A stretch of DNA of 60,111 nucleotides, filler included, from Catajapyx aquilonaris (taxonomy: Eukaryota): NCBI GenBank assembly GCA_000934665.2. It is 2 parts of 2 records of this genome, joined end to end, with 100 filler letters (N's around TTAATTAATTAA, not from the genome) between each part and the next. Parts side by side here need not be neighbours in the genome. Positions count along the whole stretch, not along the records: positions 30,112 to 60,111 come from JYFJ02004701.1; 1 more part is not named here. One strand, 5' to 3'. The first letter of the stretch is position 1; each line of letters opens with the position of its first letter. The notes beneath the pieces are model-generated. The model was not told where the DNA came from. It did no database searches and saw only the letters and a program-made list of their open reading frames with translations. This document shows, in pieces, positions 48,837-60,111 of this stretch. The position numbers and the translations under genes are program-made.

Positions 48837-51800
48837 GTACCCGTGCAATAAGACCTAGTGCAACTCTTTTTTACTTCACTGTATACTAATAATTACATGT
48901 CTAATGTGTGCACTTTGAGCTCTTGCGAGGCCAAGTTATTTCCCGAATATCTCTTCGCAGTGTGCTGTCATTCGTTTGCTGTTGATTTATTGCTAATACA
49001 CTTTTCTCCCGTGACATAAAACGAGCTCAAAAATATGAGTTTCTTTGTGGATATTCGATTAAATTCCTCAAAATTAGGCCAGAATCCGCCATTATCACAA
49101 ACATATTCGTGGAACATTTTGTTCTGCTCCAGCATGGCCAACACCGATTTATGACCAATGGAATGCTCTCGACTGTCCTTATTTTGGTCTACCTTTCCAG
49201 CACACGCTACTGCTATCCTACTACTATTACAGGACACAGATATGCTGAAGAGAAACGAAAAGAAAGACAAGACACTGGAAAGTCCATCTTTCTCCTATCA
49301 CATAAGTACCGTATAACCCAAAGAGACCTTATCGACTTGGATGGCCCTTCCAATAGAAAAAAAAGCTGCCATTGATAGACTCGGTTAGCAGAGTCTAGAG
49401 AGCGAATGGCCTATTGCGCCTATTGCACTATATGGCAAGGTAAAGACACCATCGGTTTCAGTAGTTCTAAGGTTCCTAGAGACTCATTTAGGAAGAAAAC
49501 CAGAAAACCTGACCTTGCTTGTATAAATTATGCTCCTATCATCAGAGGGCATCAGCACACTGAACATTTCCTATATACTCGCAGCAATCCTCTTCCGCAA
49601 CGCTCGCGAGTCCTTTAGTATCTGCATCCGATAATTTATTATAAAGGGACCCTTCTAGACGATGGTGCATACTATAAGTTGGAGACGAAAGAAACGGATG
49701 GCGAAGAGAACTGACTGGTGAGTCCGACGTAGAGAAGGATGAGTACAACGTGATGAGGCGTGCTGCCGGGCTATACTCATCAGCCTCAACACAATAACTT
49801 AGCAGGCATTATTATTGGGTAAACCTATACGCGGTGCATGTTAAGGCGAATAAGAGGCGAGTGAATCTTATGGGCAGGAAGCCGTCTTCTGCACATCCTT
49901 TTCAAAGACATGCCTCATCCAGTCTCTACAAAAGCACCATACGACCGTACGTCATTGTCCGGCGAAAATATCAGTATGGAATAACGACATATTTAAATGG
50001 ACCTGCTCAGATTATGTTATCAGCAGGATCTGTGCAGTCCCAGAGAACAACAATTGGCGTATCTATAAGACGAGGCCCATGGGTCACTTCTGGGTCATAT
50101 ACGCAATAATAAAAGGGCATTTCGCCAATACTTGATCTAGAAAGGCATATGGCAGCGAATGAGATGGTATATCCAAAGGAAGAAGTTCATTAATATTACA
50201 CGATCAGGAAAACCGTGTCACGTATACGATCCCAACACAAACGTCTTTGAGTTTACGCATCAAAGGGAAAATCATACAAGTGGGGACCTCCTCGTAAAAT
50301 TATTCTAACCTTTACTTTACACGAGGGAAAGGAGCATCTCGCATCTTACTTAGCAGAAAGACAACAAAGTATTTTCTGATCATACAGTAATATGATTGTA
50401 CAGTACCACCAACATTACCAAGTGTAAAGAGAAGGCCCTTTCCTGCATGCTCTGCGTTTCATCTTTGGACAACGGTTACCATATATATATATATACACAT
50501 TTTTAAATGGAAGGACCCCCTGATAGATTGTATCAATTTAGAAAACTACAGATAAATTAATAAATTCGATTGAAGCGAAATGCACTGCGCGGATTTTATG
50601 CTGATGTAGGCCTACAGCAATTCCAGGTACCACGCCTCTTTTGGTACAATAATTACACACACTGAATATCATGAAAGCACGACTTCAACTATAGCAACCA
50701 TGAGTCATGTTGTTGTGTCTGCAGCTGAACGATTAGGAACTACTGCACTCGACTGTATAGTTGACCTTCCCGCCCGTGTTGCAGTTGGTCGTGTTTCAAA
50801 CATCAGTCTCTTCAGCTACACCCCACACACTATGTGCCAACTAAATAAAGAGTAGCCACTCAGAATGAAGATCAAGAATAAAATGATATAAATGCATCAG
50901 CTTATCAACAGCATCAGTCACGGCCTGAGAACCATCCCGCCTTACAGTACTTATTGTTAGTCAGATAGTAACGGGGTTATTCCAGACCATGTATAGGTCC
51001 TTAAACCCCGGGCCCCTGATGGGGCGCTTCCGAATCGAACCCAAGTAACCTTACAGCACTGCAATACACGCAGATAATATTGTATTGTACACAACAGGCT
51101 CATCAGGCAGGAAAAAACAGAAAAAAACCCTTATTATTAGTTAGCCTACAACCTTGTAACCTGTGATTATAGTAAAACCTTATAAAATTATTAATAACTA
51201 GGTGCACGAGACAATACTCACTGATGAAGATTCTCTCTCTTTCACAAAAAAATATGCTATTCACTGTAGGAAAAATAATGTCATCACGAGATAGGGGAAC
51301 TCGCACATTCTCCATCAGTACCAAGAAGAGGAAGAAGAGGAAGAGGAGCAACGTGAAGTACCTGATGACATATCAACTACAGTCCTACACAGTCCGAGAA
51401 AAATAGTAATAATAATATACATCAGGCTCTTTACACGCACTGCCACGCAAGTCATAGTCATGCCACAGAAACTAAAAGAGATCAAGTACGACCTGAACAC
51501 AGCCTCGTCCAAAGAAAGCCTGGGGAAGGAACGGCTAGACTATATAGCTAGATAATTATAGTGCTAAAGAGGCTCGGTGGAAATAGTGCTAGGGATGCAA
51601 GCATGAGTACGACATAACTTCAATTCAATTTGCATATCAAACGACCTGGCCTCAGTTACCCGCTATGGGAACGAGAATCTAACTCGTATAGTAGCACGCC
51701 TAAATAAACAATCAAATATTATCTTTCGCCGAAGCTTACAATGACATTCAAAAGAAAATTCTAGCAAAAATGACCGTATAGCTAGAGACATGGTTCACTG

Positions 51801-53012
51801 GCATCGATCAATATTGCAACTATCAGCATATAGTATAAAATATTGCTAATATGTTGAGTGTGCAATGGTCTTATGACGAATAAGGTGATTCTGCCAATTG
51901 CCTCTTGTGCTGTGAGCAGAGAACACATCGAAAGGAGGACGCATTTGACTAAGTCGGAATGTCAAGCCCATTGGAAAGACATCAACCAGCGACATAATTA
52001 TTCACTAGTGTTATATGCCTCGGATAACTTAATTCACGTAGATGACGTAGAGCACATTATTAGGAGGAGCGGTCACACGAGTCTGCATTGAATAAAAGCT
52101 ATTCATGAACGAGCAGGGTATCTAATTCATCCTGGCAGATCAGCCATAGCACGTGTCCACATCCAACCTTATTCCCGAGGGACGACGACGTTTCTGATCA
52201 AGCGACAACACAACCGTGTTCGGGGTCCAAAGAAATACAGAGTCAACATCAGCGTCAGCCGAAATTTGCCATAGCAAAAAGGACCCGAATAATAGGAACA
52301 CAGTATAATGATGTACAGACTATACTTCAACGAAGTTCATAATATATTGAGTGGACCAGACCAGCTTTCCTCGGTAAATGCTGCTGCGGTATATAAGTGA
52401 ATGATGCTGAAGCCGAATCTTTTTTCATAGCACATAAGTATAGACCACCACCTGCGTGAAATCGCCTTTTCCACTTCTTTAAACTATTTACCTGCATCAG
52501 AAGATAGGCATTCGAGAAACAACTTCCACAAGACAATCCGTCAATTCGCACAACAAGTACCGAACACAAAATGTTTTCTCTTATCGCATACCTATACCGC
52601 GATGTTTACATTATATGATTCAGTGTGATCATTCAGTCACTGCAGAATGATGGCGAGACACTACGAACTGTAAGTGAATCGGGCAGATGATTTTCTACGT
52701 ACGTCGTTACCAGTTACAATATGTATTGCCCTGACCTTTCTCGAACACTATACACAGCATATATACTGATCATTGTAACATGCTCTTCGGAGATGCGAGA
52801 CCAATAGTGTATATGGCATATGCATTTTGTGTCCAGCACCACTCCTTTCAACCCGGTCACTAAAACAATGACGTCAATGAGGAAGGTGCTGGATTCTGTC
52901 AGATTCCCAGTTCATCTGGGGACAAATGCATCACCTAATAGAGAAGGGCAGGGTAAGATTTTTATCATCCCTTCATTTTCTGCAATCTACTCGTATAACT
53001 ACTCTTGTATAT

Positions 53013-54110
53013 TGGTCCGGGTGCTAAGGATATGAACACTATTGCATTTTGTGACAAAAATATGAAACTCGGTACACTTGTTCTTTAGACACTTCTGATC
53101 ATAACTGGACGTGGGGTCACGATAACCCACCCCGATGGAGGGCACTATCATGGTGTTGCCATATCCAATGTACTGTGCAACATGCGTTTATGTTTGAATA
53201 GGGGACTTGAATTTGGTGACAAAGACGTGAAACTCGGTACAATTGTTCTTTGAACACTTCCGATCATAACTGGACGTGGGGCCACAATGACCCACCTCAA
53301 TGGAGGACACTCTCGAGGGGTTGCCATATCTAACACAATGTGCAACATAGTGCAACATAGCGATAGTGCCCTCCATCGGGGTGGATCATCGTGGCTCCAC
53401 GTCCATATATGTGAACGTCCATATATGTCAGGAAATGTGCAAAGAACTATGCAAGCTCTCTTTTCACATAGCCTAGTTTATGTAGAGAGCCCATTAGATC
53501 TGGCAACCCTGCGAATGACCCCCAACGGCGGCATCCATAGTGGCCGCACTTCCAGACATGTAGGCTACGTTCAGTAGTGTCCAAAGACCAATTCGGGCGA
53601 GTTTCATGTTTTTATCACCGAATTCAAGGCCCTTATTCACGTAAAGGCCCCTATTCGATTTGGCAACTCCGCGATAGTGGCCCCGCCAGGTCACGTCCAT
53701 ATACGTTGAGATGTGTTCTAAGAACTACCGTGCCGAGTTTCACGTTTTTATCACCGTATGCAAGCCCCCAATTCCCATTATCTTCGCAGAGATGTATGTT
53801 TGGTCCGTTAGATCTGGAAACCCTGCGAGTGACCCACAGCGGGGTCAGTCATCATGCCCCAACATCCAGACAGGTTCAGAAGGGTCCTAAAACCTATTTT
53901 GGCGAGTTTCAGCATGTTTTTGTCACCGAATGCAAGCTGCTCTAAAGACCTAAAAGGACACTCTGGATCTGGTAGTTATGGCAACCCTGCGAAATCGTAG
54001 CCCCATCACGTCCAGATATGATCATTAGTGTCCAAAGAACAAGTGTACCGATTTCATGCTTAAGTCACAAAATGCAAAGTTTGGCCCTTTGTCCCTTAGT
54101 ACCTGGACTA
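53013..54110. mobile_element. Fold-back non-autonomous DNA element with long TIRs and internal ~140-170-bp repeats
   Basis: Left end TGGTCCGGGTGCTAAGG...TTGCATTTTGTGAC...GAAACTCGGTACACTTGTTCTTT pairs with the right end ...CCTTAGTACCTGGACTA. Unit marker GAAACTCGG at 53064 and 53229, inverted at 53599, 53735, 53904, 54050. Confidence 0.75.
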
Positions 54111-55054
54111 TAATATAGTAGCCTATACGAGTACACAGTATATTTTTAAAAGCCCCGCATGTAATGAACTCTCCAGACACTAACTTCTTCGCCCTGTGTT
54201 ATACACAAGGAGATAATTGAAGGCATATAATGGTAGAAATACCCTACCCCTGCGTGAATATCTCGAGTGGTCTCTACACAACTCTTGCAGGTGTTGCAGA
54301 GAGAGATCCGTCATCATATTTTAACACCAAAATTATATGCAATATTATACAGTACATAAGTTCTGGCGCAAAGATTCTTAATCATGCAGCAGGTGCAAAG
54401 AGAGTAATATTCTACTGCGTGACAGTATTGTTTAATGATTAATCTTATGTTCCGACTCCCCCGCACTTTTATTTGCACATCCTTCCCATTTCGTCATTAC
54501 TCTAGCTATTCCCGGCCAGCATGCCTTGCGGTATACCACCTATATATATTGGGAGACCTCATTGTATTCGAGGCCTTTCTGTCTAACCTCAACTGGGCTG
54601 GCCACTGGCCACTCCCTTTCCCCTTTCATTACCCCTCTCCTATTTTGGCTTAAATAAAACTGTCTTTGAACTGGGAGAACCCCACTTTTCATTCTTGTGC
54701 ACCTGCTCCGGTCACACTATACTATTAGCGACGACTGTGTGCCACCCGAGATGGTATACCAATCAGTGGACATGGAATATTCTCATTACCGACTGATACA
54801 CGTCCTGCTGCTATTTCCTATATACAATCCTAAATAACTTGATTTCTGTTATATTGTAGCTATACGTATATGCTCCTGAACCTGGAAATCAGAGCGTTAT
54901 CTTGTCGTAAAATAGGCCCATGGGGTATTAGAATCAAAACCTCTGAAGCTATACTTAACGCTTTAAATACGCATATATACATCACAACTTCAGGTAGAAG
55001 TACCGAAATGGAAAATAACTGGAGTTAGGATATTTCCCGCATAGTTAATGCTTA

Positions 55055-55265
55055 GGTCCTGTTCACACGTGGCCAGCACTTTTAGTGGTGCAGCAACTAG
55101 TCGCAGCAACTGACTACTTTTGGAAATACACCGGATTGAATCAGTGAGAGAGTGGCCACGTTTGAATGCTCTCATTCAATCCTGCTGTGTATTTCCAAAA
55201 GTGGCCACAGTTGCTGGTGGCCAGTTTCTGCCACTAAGAGTGGCCACGTGTGTGAACATAGGGCC
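55055..55265. mobile_element. Harbinger/Tourist-type palindromic MITE
   Basis: TTA|GGTCCTGTTCACACGTGGCC ... GGCCACGTGTGTGAACATAGGGCC|TTA, with internal arms TTTTGGAAATACAC / GTGTATTTCCAAAA. Confidence 0.75.
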
Positions 55266-57606
55266 TTAATGAAGGAGACACAAAGTGTACAAAATTAATC
55301 GAACCTTGAAACTTCTTAAGAATTTTACTCTATACTGTTGCGCTGTTAACAACAACATCGTCAAATTTGAACAAACGGCGAGAAAAACTTCATCAATGGA
55401 CGGCTCTATTTAGGATACGGCAAACTATTCGCTGGAGGAAAATATCCAGCAGGCAGGAGAAGGTTTCAAATCGATTTGTGCCACTATAGTGTTTATGCGA
55501 AGGAGAAAATAGGTGCACGACGATGCGACGGGTAATGTAAATGGACATCACTATCAAACGACATACGCCGGGATAGACCACCTGATCCATAACGTTGTTT
55601 CTATACGTCATATAATTATATAGCGTCAGTACACTGAGGGAAGTAAGGGCTTGATCCTGATCCTATACTGTGCGCAGAAGCATCTGACACTTTCTGTTTG
55701 ACAAACATAAATAAGAGGTTGACTTTATTCATATACACGAGACCATGGTGCAAACTGGAGTCATTTTTTATATCCCATTTAAACTAAATACACATATTAT
55801 TTTGACGTTCCAGCTGTTTCTGAATACAATATAGTATCATCAATTTACACACTTTTAACTCAGCTTCAATGCGTGCCAGAATTCCTTCTTCAAGATATTC
55901 CAGAGGAACATTGAGGCGCTGATTCAAAATTAGAAGAATACTTCGTCCGAACCTAAATCTCGCTCTGGTTAAATCGACCCTGCAAATAACGGAAATTTCT
56001 ATATAGTTTTGTCCGCGCACATAATTATGTAGGAGTATCGGTTCTCATAAGTTATGCGCTGTTGACGATACGCCAATAATGGTTGGGTGCATATAAGAGG
56101 AAATGCCGCCAATTTTTTTAAAAAAAACATCCAGTTCGAGTGATAATCGCAACAGAAGTCACAAGAGGACTCACACAGTTTTTATACTAGAAAGGTATCT
56201 GCTCTATTTCATTTCACTTTCATTACACGTTCTAGCTCATAAGCTGCTTGTGCTACAAACAATATTATAATGCATTAGTGCCCCTATTACTTAATAGTGG
56301 ACTTGTACAGAAGGGATGTGGAAGACGCTATTGAGACTTGCATGAAGACTCTTTGTAACAACAAGGACACATCAATTGGCGCGCAATATTTATTTGCAGC
56401 TACAGGCTGCGAATAGTTTTCCCCCCATGTGTCCGACCTATACATCCTGTATAGAGTCGAAATCCATACAGTGCCACAAAATGCGGACACCACAATGTAA
56501 AAAAATCGTGCAACGAGACCCAAAAGCGAACCTGATCATTAGCAAACCACAATAATAAAGACACTGTATATGTGAGGACGCGCGGGATAGTCAACGACCT
56601 CTGATCAGAGTGACACCAAAGGAATATTATCAACATTGACTTGTTTGATGCGGGAACATCTTGACGAAATTACCCGAGACGGTTTGGCGAGCCTGATGCC
56701 ATCATTATTTAGTTCCTATATAATAAGCTGACTATTTTTGTACCTGGTCCGTTCTCTCGACTTAACTTCAGGATGGGGCTGATTAAATGGAATTTTAACT
56801 AGGACCATGCAACTCGATTCAACTCCATAACATAGTAAAATCTACACACGTCGATCAACGCACTGCTCGCTTAAACTTTCTTAAATATACAGTAGTACCA
56901 ATATTAATTTTTCCTGCTATAAAATGAATATTCATTCTACAAGGTATACAATACCACTAGAGACCGCACTTCACTTTATTTTACGTACTGGAAAAAAACA
57001 AAATTTTATAACCATACGGACTCAAATATATTGTATAAGTAATTGTGAGATATTGCCAGGAGGGGGGGATTTTTTTTTCTCTTCTCTACAGGTATACCTG
57101 TATACCTGGATCACGGATCTCAGGGACGATAATGAATGGCTATTATAGAGTACATCCAAAGCCTTACGTGAGTGTTTAAATGGCGGGGGTTTTCCCCCGA
57201 CAGTGAAACAGTCCGCCTTGCAGAAAGAGAGCTCATCTATTGCCATAATAATATTATGCTTAGCCATCACTTACATAGATGTAGCCAAGTGTCTTTTTCA
57301 TATAACAATGATGCAATCCAACTGTCACTAAAATTATATCCTAAGAGGATAAAGCTTCAGGCAACATATACTACATATGACCAATTTCTACGTCAAAAAT
57401 CATCTTTATCCACATCAGCGTGAATAATTTCTCCCAATTGAACTTCAGAATTTTATTTTTATATTTCATAAACTGAGCTTGGGAAATGTCTGTGTGAACA
57501 CGTAAGTATACACGTAGAGCTCTATGCACTTGAGCTTTCCCAATTGACAATCCGATAGCCATCACTAGCTTCTCTTTTTATTGCAATGTTGTAATACAGT
57601 ATAATT

Positions 57607-57855
57607 GAAGGGGTCGGTGCAATACCGCCGTAACCCACCAAATAACACAAATTGAGTTAAGCACACTTCCATGTACTACACTCATGTATCTAATAAAATC
57701 CATTGAAATTGTGCAGTTTCTGCCATCGGTCACTGAGAAATCAAATGAAATAAGTCACATGGTATATGGGATGTATATGGCCTCTCAAACTTTCAACTGC
57801 AGTTTTCTCAAAATCAGGTTTGGGAGGGTTAGGGAAGTATTGCACCGACCCCTTC
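57607..57855. mobile_element. MITE with AATT target duplication (Sola1-like)
   Basis: Perfect 19-bp TIR GAAGGGGTCGGTGCAATAC, flanked by AATT (57603-57606, 57856-57859). Confidence 0.7.
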
Positions 57856-58903
57856 AATTACTTTCTGCTCATTCCCACTGGCCTCCCAGGTCCGAATAAA
57901 TAACGCCACGCCATCAGAAGCAGCAATGACAGACGCTGCGTTAGCTGATGGGGTTACAAGAGTTAGTCAGAAAGCGCAGAGCTATACTTTAGGTGTTGCA
58001 TTATAGTGTACAGTATAATAATATATTTATAGAGTGCATATTGGTTATGATGATCTGATATGATGACCAACATTGTGCGTACTTCAGTGCATATTACCAA
58101 ATGAAATTCGTGGACCACCTGACAGTAGAGTGGATAGTAGAGTATTTCGATCGTGTTTCACTTGGTACAGATGTCGAGTTTAAAGCACTGACTGGAAAGT
58201 AACCCCGCACGATTGCAATATCACCCAATCACATCATACGTGGCCTCAAAGTTAGGAACCAATGACATTAGGTTAAAAAAAACAAGCATCATTGAACATT
58301 ACGATAATAGCCTCATTGTCGACATTCCAACATTTGCAATAAATAAAATAATCATATAGCCTACATCACTATCTCCCTGTCACTATAATATAGTATCCCT
58401 TCAGAGGAAACTCGGTGACCGTCATCATCATCATCATCAACAACAAAGGTGAAGGTCTAAATCCGACTCACAACAGTTGTGAGTAGAATTATTGGTGTGG
58501 AGGTATTTCGGTGTACCTATAGAGGTTTACCTGGTATGACACAGACATGAATGAACCTATACTGGATCATAGGCTACTTGATAATATATTTTTAACGGAC
58601 CACCATCCCTTTCTGTGATGTGGCAACGCAAATAATAAGAGGCTGACTCTCCTACACGAGACACTGCGAAAACTGGAGAACTTACCATGTTCTGCCATGA
58701 TTGTCTCAGTCTAACATGGATATTACTTTAATAATATTTCATGTTCAGTAAAGTCATACATATTTGTTATGTTATTACTCGTAATAAATCTGACTCGGAA
58801 GATAGTGATTGCGAAGTACGACGGTGGCCTCATGGGAAAGGAATGGGATTCCATATATGCGGGCCCCCTAAAATAAAGTCCTGTTTGAGGGTGGAACAAG
58901 TGC

Positions 58904-58977
<74 letters not shown>
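58904..58977. repeat. (TAA)n microsatellite
   Basis: Direct read. Confidence 0.95.
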
Positions 58978-60111
58978 TTTTGCAATTATGAAAAATAACT
59001 GAAGATGTAGGTACTGTGGCAGTCTAGCAGGTGGTAAGACGTTCAAGTTTATATGCGGAAGGTCCTGGGTTTGAATCTCTATGCGGATGACCACATGACT
59101 CGAGAGTCCTTTTCCGTGCGTGGTTCCCTTTCCCCAAGCCTTTCCCGGTCAGTTACCAGAGACTTCATGACGATTTCTTATCCAGAATGGCCACGATTGC
59201 TGTCATATTTCCATCACCTTAATAAAGACTTCTTTCGGATCGCAAAACAACAGATACATATTGCAAATAAGGATTATGCAGTGCATCAGAGATTATGTGA
59301 GATGTAGTGAGAGATATAATAAATATACTTTGGCAATTCTTCAATCTTCAAATCCTGTGGGCATTTTTGAGTGTTGATAAGAACAGACGTAATGTGCCCG
59401 TAACAGTTTAAGGATCGAGTCTAACATCTAATTATTATTAAAGATTGTAAAGAAGACTAAAGACCCGGCTAGCTGTATACTAGACAATAGGCCTGATGAG
59501 TTCGATTAAAGCTGATAATGCCCCTTTATGTATAAAGTCAGTGGTTCCTTTCCATGGTCCTGTAATCATACCCGTCTCTCATCACTTTCTAGCTCTCAGA
59601 ATAGTAATATTGCATGGCGTCGACCTTTTGCCATGTGCTCCTCGTCAACGACGACTAAAGATTGCTGGATAGCGACATTTACGGACGTAAATTACGGAGG
59701 AGGTGGCCTATCTCATGTTCACATTAACATGATCACGATATGTGCATTGCAGTGATACTGCCAAAATATATCAACGTTCTAGACCTTTCTGCAGACAATT
59801 ATTACAAACTGCCGAATATACTGTATTAAAAGTCGTCTCTGATTTGACATGCTCAACTGCCCAACATTTTGGCCTGCAGTAGGCCACTGATCCTACTCAG
59901 GACCCCAGAAACCCTAAGCCCCAAAGCAAACACTCACAGTTCGGGCAACTCCTTTCTTTTATTCTTCCACGAGCTCAGCAAATACACGTCCGTCCCCTTG
60001 GTCTCTTCTTGGCACTCTCCTCATTTCCCTTGCCTCCCGCTAGGCGGCTCCCCACACGGCCACCAACTGCCACTTTCCAGGGGAGCCAACCTAGGGGAGG
60101 CGCGGGCCATA

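Noticed and set aside
59010..59080. Degenerate tRNA-like SINE head
   Set aside because: Both A and B boxes are mismatched and no body or TSD could be tied to it.

Overview
Repeat-rich animal (invertebrate) genomic DNA in two blocks, separated by an artificial 100-bp spacer (N44-TTAATTAATTAA-N44, 30012-30111). The left block is dominated by a ~25-kb single-orientation complex satellite (4611-29920). Its diverged ~220-bp and ~290-bp monomers form four ~5-6-kb higher-order copies with an odd/even (~12.7-kb) super-period. It carries copy-specific insertions (V-domain SINE, Harbinger, Kolobok, a TA-flanked TIR element), most with the empty site visible in a sister copy. Upstream of the array are a fold-back element with a nested hAT MITE and a head-to-tail Helitron dimer. 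The right block holds the only convincing protein-coding genes: a solitary divergent histone H4/H3 pair. H4 keeps a canonical 3' stem-loop, while H3 appears to have lost the 5' arm of its stem-loop. The remaining ~26 kb has SINEs, MITEs, a LINE stub, microsatellites and old local duplications, but no protein gene I can recognise. Transposon superfamily calls rest on TIR/TSD signatures read by eye, not on database searches.
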